Shown: in pieces, positions 1-13,040 of the stretch
Numbering within the stretch: position 1 is the stretch's first letter
How the letters are laid out: the number at the start of each line of letters is the position of its first letter
NCBI RefSeq assembly: GCF_963921235.1
Contig: NC_086107.1
Location: forward strand, 101,558,001 to 101,622,000
Direction of reading: 5' to 3'
DNA from: Mobula hypostoma
Lineage: Eukaryota
Length of the DNA: 64,000 nt
Translations under genes and position numbers: made by a program
Notes under the pieces: model-generated
What the model saw: only the letters and a program-made list of their open reading frames with translations
Databases searched by the model: none
Told to the model about the DNA's origin: nothing

Positions 1-2560
1 CAACAAAGCCGCATTCCCCAGATTAACATAACAAAGACGCCATTTTAATTAGCCTCCGCAGTAACATAAAAGTCGAAACCCCCTTACATTTAAATAAATC
101 CAAAAAGAATTAATACCTTTATTTTTCTAAAGTAAAAAAAGTGGATCACTCAAAGAAGGCTTAAAAAAGTAATTTTGTTAAATTAAGCTCCAAAGTTTAG
201 ATTTTTTAAGATTAAAAAAATTGCGGAACTGGAGCCAAATTTGTAAAGAATGCTTAATCACAGGGTACAGGTTTAAATTAGCAACTTTGGATAATTGTAT
301 AGGTAAAGCAACTCCCAATAACGAGGTTAAGTAAAACTGTTTCACAGCTTTCAATTCCAGGTCTACCCAAACTGGCCGATCGTTCTTATCAACCCAATAA
401 AACCAAAAGGTCATGTATCGCACATTAACAGCCCAGTAATACATTCTTAAATTAGGCAAAGCAAGACCTCCATCCTTTTTCAACTTTTGCAAGTGACATT
501 TACTAATTCTTGGTCTTTTATTATTCCAAATAAAAGATAAAATAATAGAATCAATCCGATCAAAAAAACTTCTTAGTCAAAAAAACAGTGATATTCTGAA
601 ATAAATATAAAAATTTTGGTAAAATCATCACTTTAACTATATGGATACGACCGACAAGTGAAAATGTTAAGTGGACTCCATCTGCTAAATAAATACTTCA
701 CAGAGTCTACCAAGGGAACGAAATTGGCTTTATAAAGATCCTTATATTTTTTTTAGTAATTATAACACCTAAATATCTAAAAGAATCCGTGACTTTAAAA
801 GGAGTATTATCATGTTCATTTAAAGGAAACAATTCACTTTTACTAAAATTTATTTTATATCCTGAAAAATTTCCAAATTCATTGAATAATTTTAGCAAGG
901 CAGGAATAGATTCTTGGGGATTAGATATATAAATCAATAAATCATCAGCGTAAAGAGAAATCTTATGAATGGTCTCATTCACAAAAATCCCATGAATATT
1001 TTTAGCTTCACGAAGAGCAAGGGGTTCTACTATTAAGTTAAATAACAAAGGACTTAATGGACAACCTTGTCTTGTCCCCCGTGAAAGCTGAAAAAAGGAG
1101 ACCTACAGTTGTTAGAAACATAGAAAATAGGTGCAGGAGTAGGCCATTTGGCCCTTCAAGCCTGCACCGCCATTTATTATGATCATGGCTGATCATCCAA
1201 CTCAGAACCCTGCCCCAGCCTTCCCTCCATACCCCCTGACCCCCGTAGCCACAAGGGCCATATCTAACTCCCTCTTAAATATAGCCAATGAACTGGCCTC
1301 AACTGTTTCCTGTGGCAGAGAATTCCACAGATTCACCACTCTCTGTGTGAAGAAGTTTTTCCTAATCTCGGTCCTAAAAGGCTTCCCCTCTATCCTCAAA
1401 CTGTGGCCCCTCGTTCTGGACTTCCCCAACATCGGGAACAATCTTCCTGCATCTAGCCTGTCCAATCCCTTTAGGATCTTATACGTTTCAATCAGATCCC
1501 CCCTCAATCTTCTAAATTCCAACGAGTACAAGCCCAGTTCATCCAGTCTTTCTTCATATGAAAGTCCTGCCATCCCAGGAATCAATCTGGTGAACCTTCT
1601 TTGTACTCCCTCTATGGCAAGGATGTCTTTCCTCAGATTAGGGGATCAAAACTGCACACAATACTCCAGGTGTGGTCTCACCAAGGCCTTGTACAACTGC
1701 AGTAGTACCTCCCTGCTCCTGTACTCGAATCCTCTCGCTATAAATGCCAGCATACCATTCACCTTTTTCACCGCCTGCTGTACCTGCATGCCCACTTTCA
1801 ATGACTGGTGTATAGTGACACCCAGGTCTCGTTGCACCTCCCCTTTTCCTAATCGGCCACCATTCAGATAATAATCTGTTTTCCTATTTTTGCCACCAAA
1901 GTGGATAACTTCACATTTATCCACATTAAATTGCATCTGCCATGAATTTGCCCACTCACCCAACCTATCCAAGTCACTCTGCATCCTCTTAGCATCCTCC
2001 TCACAGCTAACACTGCCACCCAGCTTCGTGTCATCCACAAACTTGGAGATGCTGCATTTAATTCCCTCATCCAAGTCATTAATATATATTGTAAACAACT
2101 GGGGTCCCAGCACTGAGCCTTGCAGTACCCCACTAGTCACCGCCTGCCATTCTGAAAAGGTCCCGTTTATTCCCACTCTTTGCTTCCTGTCTGCTAACCA
2201 ATTCTCCACCCACACCAATACCTTACCTCCAATACCTTGTGCTTTAAGTTTGCACACTAATCTCCTGTGTTGGACCTTGTCAAAAGCCTTTTGAAAATCC
2301 AAATATACCACATCCACTGGTTCTCCCCTATCCACTCTACTAGTTACATCCTCAAAAAATTCTATGAGATTCGTCAGACATGATTTTCCTTTCACAAATC
2401 CATGCTGACTTTGTCCGTAACAACAGTAGCAGTAGGAGCTTTATATATCATTCTAATCCAATTATTAAAATTAACACAAAAGCCAAATTTCTCTGAAGCA
2501 TTAAATAAATATTTCCATTCAACTTGGTCGAACACTTTTTCAGCATCCAAAGAAATGACA
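1..2560 (-). mobile_element. L1/Tx1-clade LINE ORF2 fragment (RT and downstream region), degraded, interrupted by a CR1 at 1115-2416
   Basis: ISLDAEKVFDQVEW, RGTRQGCPLSPLLF, ISLYADDLLIY, FSGYKINFSKSE and GGLALPN motifs; frameshifts and stops. Confidence 0.88.
1115..2416 (-). mobile_element. Young 5'-truncated CR1 LINE (RT and C-terminus)
   Basis: ORFs 1646..2395 and 1202..1585 (YLDFQKAFD, QGSVLGP, FVDD, LVRPHLEYCVQF) in frame across one TGA; short CR1 3' tail; removing it restores the L1 codons ACT GTT GTT ACT AAC AAC. Confidence 0.95.
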
Positions 2561-2935
2561 ATTAGAAGTCAAACCTTTGAACCTTTATTTGATTTTGAGA
2601 AAAGATGGGGTTCATTTGCTCGTTATTATCATTGAGTTAATTGATAGATTTTCTCCACGATCTAGTTGTAAATTTCTGGTATTTTTTTCTTCTTGCTGGT
2701 AGTTTGATGTTTATCTTTAGAAGCTTTTTGTATGACGTATGGCTCCGGGATTGTACACCTAGTGGGGTTTTCTCCCCTCACTTTTCTGCTTAGTAGGGTT
2801 TTTTAAAATTATCACAAAAATTTTTCAATCCTTAAAATAATGTTTTTTTTCCTTGAGACATTATAAATGTTGCTTACTTCTATGTACTCGTGGTATTTTT
2901 TGAATAATAATAATAAAAAGATTTGAAAAGAAAGA
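2560..2935 (+). mobile_element. L1 3' end (ORF2 C-terminus, 3' UTR, A-rich tail), opposite in orientation to the adjacent L1 RT
   Basis: IRSQTFEPLFDFEKRWGSFARYYH* followed by a T-rich UTR and aataaaaagatttgaaaagaaag. Confidence 0.7.
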
Positions 2936-4155
2936 GAATTATATACAGGCCTACAAACAATAGCCAGGATATGGGGTACAATGGGAAATAGAAGAGGCAT
3001 AAAAAGGGCAATGTTATGACAGTCATGAGGGATTTCAATATGTAGGTAGATACAGAAAATCAGGTAGGTGCTGGGTTGCAGGAAAGGGAATTTGTTGAAT
3101 GCCTGTGAGTTTGCTTTTTAGAGCAGCTTGTGTTTGAGCCCACTAGGAAAAAAACAACTCTGGATTTGGAGCTGTGTAATGAAACAGATTTGGTTAGGGA
3201 CCTTAAGGTGAAGGAACAATTAGTGATCATAATATGACAGAATTCATCCAGCAGTTTGAGAGGGAGAAGGTAAAGTTCAGATGTATCAGTATTACAGTAG
3301 AGTAAAGAGAATTACAGAAGCATGAGAGAGGAGCTGGCCGAAGTTGATTGCAAGGGGACACTAGCAGGGATGATGGCAGAACAGCAGCAATTGCTGGAGT
3401 TTCTGGGAGCAATTCAGAAGGTGCAAGACAAATACATCCCAAGGAAGAAGTAATATTCTAAAGGGAGGACGAGGCAACCGTAGCTGCCAAGGGAAGTCAA
3501 AGACAGCATAAAAGCAAAAGAGAGGACATAATATAGCAAAAATTAGCAGGAGTTCACAAGATTGGTAAGTTTTTTAAAAAAACAACAGAAGGCAACTAAA
3601 AAAAGATATGAAGACAAAAAAGATGAAATATAAAGGCAAGCCAGTCAATAATATAAAGGATGATATGAAAAGATTTTTTCAGCTATACAGTATAAAGAGT
3701 AAAGGAGAGGTGAGAGAGGATATTAAACTGCTGAACAATTTCACTGGAGAGGTAGTAATGGAGGACAAACTTAATAAGTATTGTGTGTCAGTCTTCACTG
3801 TGGAAGACACTAGCAGTATGCCTGAAATTTTAGAATTTCAAGGAGCAGGAGTGTAGTTGTTGTTACTAAGGGGAGGGTGCTTGGGCAGCTAAAGGTTCTG
3901 AAGGAGATAAGTCACCTGGACCAGATGGACTACACCATAGGGCTCTGAAAAAGGTAAATGACGAGAATGTGGAGGCATTAGCATTGATCTTTCAAGATTC
4001 ACTAGATTCTGGAATGGTTCCAGAGGATTGGGAACTTGTAAATATCCCTCCATTCTTTCAGAAGGGAGGGAGGCAAAAGAAAGGAAATTACAGGCTAATT
4101 AGCCTGACCAGTGGGTGGGAAGATGTTGTGGAGTCCATTATTAAGGATGAGATTA
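2936..4155 (+). mobile_element. Degraded CR1 ORF2 (endonuclease to RT N-terminus)
   Basis: IYRP, DFNM, KSPGPDG and GNYRLISLTS remnants. Confidence 0.85.
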
Positions 4156-5301
4156 TACATTTAATTTACAAAGTTTGTAAAATCTTTGATCTTTACTTTC
4201 ATGTGTAGCTAACATGGGTCTCCCGCAAAGATTTGCTCAACCACAAGCTTCTGTTATTTTCTATTGCTGGTTCTTAGATGTTAACTTCTTTTCCCCAAGT
4301 TCCATTGGAGGCACAGGAACATGACAGTGACATGTTCTTAGGTTGAACATCTTCATATTGCTGGAATTTGCAATGTGGTGCTATATAATACTCTTAAGCT
4401 TAAGACTATTATTAATATTATGTAACAATTAATTAATATTATTTAATGCCTTGAAAGGGAGGGATATGACAGGTGACAGAAGGAGATTTCAAGTGATTGG
4501 GGATTGAGGAGTATCAAGCAAGTCTCTGCAAGAACTCTTTGATGGGCTAGTGTCAGTCATCTTTTCTACCACAGTTATCTTCTTTATTAGTTAAATTCAC
4601 AAACCAAAGACTGGTGAATATTGTCAACTAGGAACTAATGAAAGGAACACTAGTAACAATGTTCATTTTGTAAGGATGTCACAAGTAGATATTACTAACA
4701 TGACAGAAGAGTTATATCATGACATTGCCCATTCTCACTGTAAGAAAATAGTTCTTTTCATGGTCTTGTACACAATATATTTCAGGCTTGGGACAATACC
4801 TATAGCTTGTTTTAGGTGCATGTCCTGCTGAAAAGATCAGGTGAAGTCTAGCAACTGAATGGAAACAGTAGTGAATTCAATTCTTCTGCTGGTTCTACCT
4901 CACACCAACTCCTCTTCAATCATCACATGTGCTCTCTGATTCACACTAGGATCCAGTTAAAAAAGCCACATCCTTGATTCCAATCTCTCTGAAATTTTCT
5001 TCAGCCTTGCAACCTTTCAGGGTATCCATGATCTCCCAGTTCTTGGTTTTTCAACATTCCCAACTCTAACTACTTTAACTGCCTTAGGAAATTTTACTAG
5101 GCCAAGAATGATGTGTATAATTGTGACTTATTATTGGTATAACAGCATATTTTGACAATTTTAGACAGTTCACCTGTGTAGAATATATAGAGGGATCTAC
5201 ATCATTTGTCACAGTGTATTTCAGTATTTGCAGAAAGGCCATCTGCAGAACAATAATTGGAATTGTGAATCTTTGTAAAAGAGCAGTCAGTGAAATTCCA
5301 T

Positions 5302-5322
5302 CAACACACATCAAAGTTGCTG
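5302..5322 (-). mobile_element. 21-bp Penelope-like terminal micro-insertion with 12-bp TSD
   Basis: caacacacatcaaagttgctg matches the PLE end at about 7901; flanked by gtgaaattccat at 5290-5301 and 5323-5334. Confidence 0.7.
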
Positions 5323-6044
5323 GTGAAATTCCATTTAGGGATTTGCGAAGTACACTAATTACAAGTCAATAATCCTATGAATAAGAATATAATTTTATGT
5401 AGATAATTAAATAAGTTTTGTGCAATAAAACATCCTGCGCAATGTAAATCACTTCACTACCGAAATCTTTAGAAGCCAATTTCAAAGAAACATTTCTGAA
5501 TCCTTTATAGATGTCATAGTACATACATCTTGAAATTAAAATTATGAGAAATTTATCTTTAGTCAATTGTAGTAAACATATGAAAGATCTTTGACCACCA
5601 GATATACTCATCTCTGAATATTTGGCTTCACTGACTTACAGTGGAACCAAGAGTTCCATATAATTGCCAGCCAAATCTCTCTTGCAAATCTCCTTTGTTA
5701 CTTAGTATGTAATCAAAGAAATTCCACCATCCCCCTCAGCCCCCACAACTCCCTTTCATTTCTTACAATGTAGGAACAGAGATACAGCTTGCAGCACTAA
5801 CATTTTTCATTTTTTACATAAAATCTCCAAGATATTATCTAATAGACAAGAAGCTTCAAATTTGCTCAGAGGTAATGAAATCTTATACGGTTTTATAAAT
5901 AAAATATTTTGTGTAATAGCAAACTAGCATTTCCACATTAATTTACCTCTCATATATCAAGAGGTTCATCTAGCTTTTATTATTGCTTTCCATTTGGGAA
6001 AAAAAATGAAGAAAGAAGATAGGTTCATAACTCCTTTAAAACAT

Positions 6045-6050
6045 TTTATT
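6045..6050 (-). terminator. Candidate MEI1 polyadenylation signal AATAAA (second candidate at 5976-5981)
   Basis: TTTATT on the plus strand about 550 nt downstream of the stop, in non-repetitive sequence; AT-rich context makes chance hits common. Confidence 0.35.
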
Positions 6051-6595
6051 TGAGAAGATCCTAATCAAACAAGTTATTTGTCAAAATATGCTTTTCTGTC
6101 TTTTCAACTAACAAATATTTTCTTACTTCTCAATGCATGCAACTTAAGTCCAGTCTTCGGTTATGCCACTTTGTTCAGAAATTCAAATGAAAAGTTTAGG
6201 ATTCTCACTGTTGATATCAGCAAGATCTTTCTCTTTGTTTATCATTGTACCAAAACATCCTGCTTAAAGAAGTTATCAAGTATAATTTAAAGAGAACACA
6301 AAGTAACCAAGGTCAGTAAACAATATTCTAGATGATCAGGATGAGTCTGAAAATCAAAATACTTTCTTGCCTTCTACTTATTCTGTTTACATCTGTAGTT
6401 TGCCAAGAGAAACATGTTTTTTTTGCAGGATCAGACAGAATTAAATAAGTAACTGTGATAGAATGATTACTTATCTATTTATCTAAGTTTGTTCAAGCAG
6501 CAGTTATTTTCGCCAACACTAAGAGCCAAATGTCCTTTGGGAAGAAGTTTATCTAATCTGTGTAAGAATGGAAATGTAGTCTTGATTCAATTTCC

Positions 6596-6653
6596 CTATT
6601 CCCTGTTGCAGCTAAAGACATCAGACAAACAGATTGCCAGTCTGCCAAAAAAT
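6596..6653 (-). CDS. MEI1: MEI1 terminal coding exon (V-FFGRLAICLSDVFSCNRE*)
   Basis: Acceptor catcacag preceded by U12-like branch site TTTCCATTAAC; phase 2 fits the upstream exon; peptide resembles recalled human end CLGGVAVSLSHIRN; TAG at 6596-6598. Confidence 0.75.
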
Positions 6654-7867
6654 CTGTGATGCATGGTTAATGGAAATGCCCAAATGACTAATGAAATAAA
6701 TGCCAGTTCAAAGTAATACGTAGTTTGTTAAATGTTTTTCTCACCTATTTCATACCTTCCTTTCAATGATGCAGAATCATTGCAAATCATCTAAATGTGA
6801 AGAGAAAGGACAAGTCCTCTTCAGGTTACAGCATGTTTCTGTTCCTGTGCGCTGTTTGTAAACCAGCTTACAAATTGGAATTGTGCTGCAAACTAGTTAC
6901 TAAGAGGCTGAAGATGGCTGATGCCCCGCAGCAGTCAGAAAATTCATACTGTTGTAGTTTTGGGAATGAGTTCTTAGAATATATTAAGAGGCAGATTTTT
7001 AGAACAAAGGTTTGTAGAACAAACCATGGAACAGATTATATTAGATCCCATTCTGTGTAATTAGATGTTTAATTAAGCAAGGGATCCTGACGATGAATAA
7101 TAAAAACATTGAATTTCATATTCAGTTTGAGTGAGAACCTTTGACTTTAAACTAATTATATTAAACTTAATTAAAGCAATTCATAAAACAAGGCAGTTAG
7201 CTAATGTGGTGTAAGAAAACAAATTGAAAAGTAAGAATATAAATATGTTATGGTAGATTTGTAAGGAAATGTAATTTTCAACAAAGCTGAAGTATGTTAG
7301 AAATAAAGTCCATACAAGAAGGTTGATCCATACTTGATAACTATGGAAGTTAAGAATGATATCAAATTAATGACCTATAACATTGCACAGATCTGTGGTA
7401 GGTCAGAAGACTGGAGAAGTTTTATATTCTGGAAATGATTATTCAAGACACACTACAGATAGAAGAATGATTATGAGAGTTCGCTAATATTGAAAATAGA
7501 GTAGTACATAGCTAAAGACTAATTAAGGTAAATATTGTTGCATCACAGGATGAGTGGGGAATTCATATGGTAAATAAGAAACTGTGGATACCACTAAAAC
7601 ATCCTAATAATAGTTTTAAAAAAAGATGGAGTCGAGAGAGCAACTTAAATCAATCACTATCACCATGGAAAAAGATCCAAACAAATATATATGCCTAAAG
7701 ACTAAGGAGACATTAACCTAATGGCCTCTTTTCCAGAATATTAAAAGTATCTGCAAAATATTAGACCAATTGATTATGATCTTCCAATTTTTTTTGGGAT
7801 TTTGCGGAGCCCCCCCGGAGTTGTATTGCCCATCTTCAAGAAAGAGAAAGAAAGCACAACACTATAG

Positions 7868-8010
7868 CACAAGGAATTCTGCAGATGCTGAAAATTCAAG
7901 CAATACACATCAAAGTTGCTGGTGAACGCAGCAAGCCAGGCAGCATCTCTAGGAAGAGGTACAGTCGACGTTTCGGGCCGAGACCCTTCGTCCTGACTTT
8001 GATGTGTGTT
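7868..8010 (-). mobile_element. Penelope-like terminal fragment with partial fold-back, inserted in an old CR1
   Basis: tctgcagatgctg...gtcgacgtttcgggccgagacccttcgtc, then inverted tttgatgtgtgttgc; near-TSD gcacaa(c/a)actatag at 7854-7867 and 8011-8024. Confidence 0.75.
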
Positions 8011-8391
8011 GCACAAAACTATAGACCAGTTTCATGACACAAGAGAGACTGACCAGTTAGGATGACATCTGTCATTGCAAAATAGAGATAATCTACTACT
8101 AACAAAGTAGTTGCAGGAGGTTCAGAAATGTAATTAAGCAGAAACAGTATAGTTTTATCCAAGGAAAAACTTATTTAGCAATAAAGGTATTTGAGGAGTA
8201 TTTGAGGATATAATGGACAAAGTGAATAAAGGAGTATCAGTGGATGCAGCTGAGGCATATTTAGCCGTTACAGAGACTTGACTGTCATAGGGTGCAGGGA
8301 GAGAGGTAAAAGAGGTGGGGAGTGACATTGCTAATCATGGATAGCATCACAGCTGCAGAAAAAACTCTGCATTTTCTACTTAGTCAGTGCT

Positions 8392-8632
8392 GGTAGCATG
8401 GTAACATTGCGGTTAATGTAACATTTTACAGAGCCAGTGACTTGAGTTTAATTCCAGCCACTGTGTGTAAGTTTGCACATTCTCCCTGTGACTATGTAGG
8501 TTTCTTATGGGTGCTCTGGTTTCCTCCCACATTCCAAAGAGATACCGGTTGCTAGGTTAATTAGTCACATGGGCATAATTGGGCCAGATGGGCCTATTGC
8601 TGTGTCATATTTCTAAATAATAACATAAATAA
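8392..8632 (+). mobile_element. tRNA-derived V-SINE (HE1-like) inserted in a CR1
   Basis: V-domain core gtttgcacattctccctgtg...gggtgctctggtttcctcccacattccaaaga; tRNA-like head; (aaat)n tail. Confidence 0.8.
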
Positions 8633-10025
8633 AAGTTAGAAACAGGTAGGGAACAACCATTCTACTGGGAATATTCTATAGACCCACCAATAGCAACAGG
8701 GAGATACTGAGGAGCAGATCGGGAGGCAGATTTTAGAAAGGTGCAAAATAACAGGGTTGTTGTCATGGATGACTTCAACTTCCCTAATATTGATTGGCAC
8801 CTCCTTAGTGCAAAAGATCTAGATGACACAGAATTTGTTAAGTGTGTCCAGAAAGGATTCCTGACACAATATGTGGACATGCTAACTAGACAGACTGTAC
8901 TGGATCTAGTACGATCCAATGAGCCTGGCAGGTGACAGATCTCTCACATCTGCAGTTTAGCCTTGGAAAAGGATAGGAGCAGAGATTATGGAAAAGTATT
9001 TAATTGGGAGAGGGTGAATTATGATCCTATTAGGCAGGAACTTAAGAGCATAAATTGGACACAAATGTACTCAGGGAGCAACAACAGAAATGTGGAGTTT
9101 GTTCAGGGGGTTCTGGATAGGTCTGTCATATTGAGGCAGGAAAAGGTGAAGAAACCATGGTTGATAAGAGAAGTGAACATCTAGTCCAGAGGAAGAAGAA
9201 AGTATATTTAAGGTTTAGGAAGCAAGGCTCAGACAGGGCTCGAGGGTTATAAAGCAGCCAGGAAGGAGCTTAAGAGGGGACTGAAGAGAGCTAGAGGTGG
9301 ACATGAGAAAGCCGCGGCGAGTAAAACACCAACGCATTCAATATGCACATGAAGAACAGGAGGATGACTAGAGTGAGGGCAGGACTGATCATAGGCAAAA
9401 GGGGAAACGTGCCTGGAGTTGCACAGAGTAGGAATGATCTTTAATGAATACTTTGTTTCAGTATTCACCAGTGAGAGAGACCTTGATGAATGTGAGGATA
9501 GAATAGAACAGTCTAATGCATTGGATAATGTTAGGGGATGTGATACAAAAAATCCCCAGTGATGGATGGAATATACCCAAGGTTACTACGCAAAGTGAGG
9601 GAAGTGATTGTTGTGCCTTTGGTGATGATCGTTGGATCCTCAATGGCCACAGGAATCATACCAGATGATACTACCAATCGATGGAGAGTATTCTGCCTGA
9701 AAGTCTGTGACTAGTGGTGTTTCACAGGGATCTGTTCTGTGACCCCTGCTCTTTGGATGAGGAAGCCGAAGGGTGGGTTAGTAAGTTTGTAGATGACACA
9801 AAGATTGGTAGTGCTGTGGATAGTGTAGAATGTTGTCGTAGGTTAAATAGGGCTCAGAGTATGCAGAGCAGGGATGAAAAGTGGCAGATGGCATTCAATC
9901 TGGAGAATTGTAAAGTGATACAAATTGGGAGGTCAAACTTGAAGGGAGAGTACAAACTTAATGGCTTGATTCTTGGCAGTATGGAGGAACAAAGGGATCT
10001 TGAGGACCACATCCAAAGATCCCTC

Positions 10026-11116
10026 AAAGGCTTATTCAGAAAGTCAGAAGGCATGGGTTCCAAGGAAGTTTGGCCAGGTGGATTCAGAATTGGCTTGCCT
10101 GCAGAAAGCAGAGGGTCCTGGTGGAGGGAGTACATTCGGATTGGAGGGTTGTAACTAGTGGTGTCCCACAAGGATTGGTTCTGGGACCTCTACTTTTCGT
10201 GATTCTTATTCATGACCTGGATGTGGGGGTAGAAGGGTGGGTTGGCAAGTTTGCAGACGACACAAAGGTTGGTGGTGTTGTAGATAGTATAGAGGATTGA
10301 TAGGATGCAGAAGTGGGCTGAGAAGTGGCAGATGGAGTTCAACCCCGAGAAGTGTGAGGTGGTACACTTTGGAAGGACAAATTCCAAGGACAAACTACAA
10401 AGTAAATGGCAGGATACTTGGTAGTGTGGAGGAGCAGAGGGATCTGGGGGTACATGTCCACAGATCCCTGAAAGTTGCCTCACAGGTAGATAGGGTAGTT
10501 AAGAAAGCTTATGGGGTGTTAGCTTTCATAAGTTGAGGGATAGAGTTTAAGAGTGGCGAGGGAATGATGCAGCTCTATAAAACTCTGGTTAGGCCACATT
10601 TGGAGTACTGTGTCCAGTTCTGGTCACCTCACTACAGGAAGGATGTGGAAGCATTGGAAAGGGTACAGAGGAGATTTACCAGAATGCTGCCTGGTTTAGA
10701 GAGTATGCATTATGATCAGAGATTCAGGGAGCTAGGGCTTTACTCTTTGGAGAGGAGGAGGATGAGAGGAGACATGATAGAGGTATACAAGATATTAAGT
10801 AGAACAGATAGAGTGGACAGCCAGCGCCTCTTCCCCAGGGCACCACTGCTCAATACAAGAGGACATGGCTTTAAGGTAAGGGATGGGAAGTTCAAGGGGG
10901 ATATTAGAGGAAGGTTTTTTACTCAGAGTGGTTGGAGCTTGGAATGCACTGCCTGAGTCAGTGGTGGAGGCAGATACACTGGTGAAATTTAAGAGACTAC
11001 TAGACAGGTATATGGAGAAATTTAAGGTGGGGGTTATATGGGAGGCAGGGTTTGAGGGTCGGCACAACATTGTGGGCTGAAGGGCCTGTACTGTGCTGTA
11101 CTATTCTATGTTCTAT
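10026..11116 (+). mobile_element. Younger 5'-truncated CR1 nested in the older CR1
   Basis: [33 protein letters not shown]; tail tattctatgttctatt; the host sequence resumes after it. Confidence 0.9.
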
Positions 11117-12129
11117 TAAAGTTTGCAGGGTGTTAAGAAGGAATATGATTATTGGCTTTTATTAATTGTGGGATTAAATTCAAGAGCCACAAGATATTGT
11201 TGTAGCTCTATAAACTCTGCTTAGACTACAGTTGGAGTATAATGTTTAGTTCTGGTTACCTCGTTATAGGAAGGATGTGGAAGCTTTAGAGAGGGTACAG
11301 AGACGATTTACCAGGATGCTGCCTGGATTAAAGAATGTCTAATGAGGAAAGGTTGAGTGACCAAGCACTTTTTTCTGGAGCAAAGGAGGATGAGAAGTGA
11401 CTTGATAGAGGCATAGTGTGGATAGCCAGTGTCTGTTTTGCAGGTGGCAACAGCTAATACAAGAGGGCATAATTTATAAGGTGAGTGGAGGAAAGTATTG
11501 GGGTAATTTCAGAGCTGTGTTTTACACAGAGTGGTAAATGCATGAAACACACTGCTAGAGTTGGTGGTAGAAGCAGATACATTAGGAACATTTAAGAGAC
11601 ACTTAGATAGGCACACAGTTGAAAGAAAAATGAACGGTTATGTAGAAGGGAATTTTTAGATTTGTCTTGGATTAGTTTGGCACAACATTGTGGGATGAAG
11701 GGCCTGTACTGTTCTGTGTTCTATAGTGTATTCTATTTGGATTTCCAGAAAGTATTCAATGAGGTTCTATGCAAAAAGGTTATTATCCAAAGTAAGATGT
11801 CATAGCACTGAAGATAGCATGCACAATGGATTGGTCAACAAATGGGTTATTTTAAGGCTGGCAAGTTGTAGTTTATGAAATGCCACAGAGATCAATGCTC
11901 AGCCCTTAACTATTTACAAGCTATGTAAATGACTTTGATGAAGGGAATAAGAGTAGTATTTGATGATAAAAGGTGGGTGGGAGAGACAGTCGCGAGAGGG
12001 GTACAAATGGTCTGAAATAAGATATGGATTAGCTAAAGGACTGAGCAAAAAAATGGCAGAAGAAATATAATCCAGGACAGGAGGGGTTATCTACTTTGTT
12101 AGAAAGAACAGAAAAGAAAAATATTGTTC

Positions 12130-13040
12130 AGAAGCTAGAACAGCACCACACAGGAACAAGCCCTTTGGCCAATGTCTGTGCTGAGTACAATGCCAAAATA
12201 AACTAAATCTCTTCTGTCTGCACATGATCCATGTGCCTCCATCTCTTACATTTTTGTGTGTCTATCTGCTTCCACCACTTTCCCTGGTAGCCTACTGCAG
12301 ACACTATTTCCTATGTAAAAAAATTGTCCCATACATCTCCTTGAAACCTCCCCTCCTCAACTTTAAATGAATGCTCTCTAGTATTTGTCATACCTACCTC
12401 GGGATAAAGATTTTGACTGTCAACCCTCTCTATGGGTTTCATAAACTTCTATCATGTCTTCCCTCATGCTCCAACATTCCAGAGAAATCAATGTTTGTCC
12501 AACCTCTCCTTATACCTCATACCCTCTAAACCACGCAGCATCCCAGCGCTGATCCCTGTGGAATACTACTGGTCAAAGACATTCATGCCAGAATAAAACT
12601 GTTCCACTACTACCCTTTTTTTAAAAAAAAGTGGGTAAGAAAATTCTGAGTCCAAACTACCAAGTCACCATGGATCCCATGCATCTTAATTTTCTGGATC
12701 AACCTACCAAGAGGAATTTTGGCAGAAGCTTTACTGAAGTTTATGTCCTATCAATCAATCACTTTTGTCTCTGCTTATAAGACTCACTCAGTTTGTCAGA
12801 CAAGACCTGCTCCCCATAGACATGCTCACTGCCCCTAATGAGGCCATGATTTTTGAAATACATGTAAATCTTAACCTTAAGAATCCTCTCAAAAAACTTC
12901 CCTAACACTGATGTGAAGTTCGCTGCCTTATAATTTCCTGGATAATTCCTATTTTCGTTCTTGAAAAAAAAGCATTAATATTTGGTACTTTCCAGTTTTC
13001 CAGAACCTTGCCTGTTGTTAATGAGGATGCAAAGACAGTT
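12130..13040 (-). mobile_element. Degraded CR1 fragment
   Basis: CR1 3' UTR and RT remnants on the minus strand. Confidence 0.65.

Larger units (their letters stand above)
8240..11725 (+). mobile_element. Older CR1 (endonuclease to RT to 3' tail) hosting the V-SINE and a younger CR1
   Basis: DFNFPNIDW, KFVDDTKIG and 3' tail gttctgtgttctata. Confidence 0.8.

Noticed and set aside
1179..1871. 230-aa plus-strand ORF, and similar ones at 1890-2294 and 15863-16402
   Set aside because: Antisense shadows of CR1 or PLE coding sequence.
6900..7010. Alternative U12 acceptor candidate (cctcttaat...tctaag) giving VTHSQNYNSMNF...
   Set aside because: Weaker branch-site match and no resemblance to the recalled MEI1 C-terminus.
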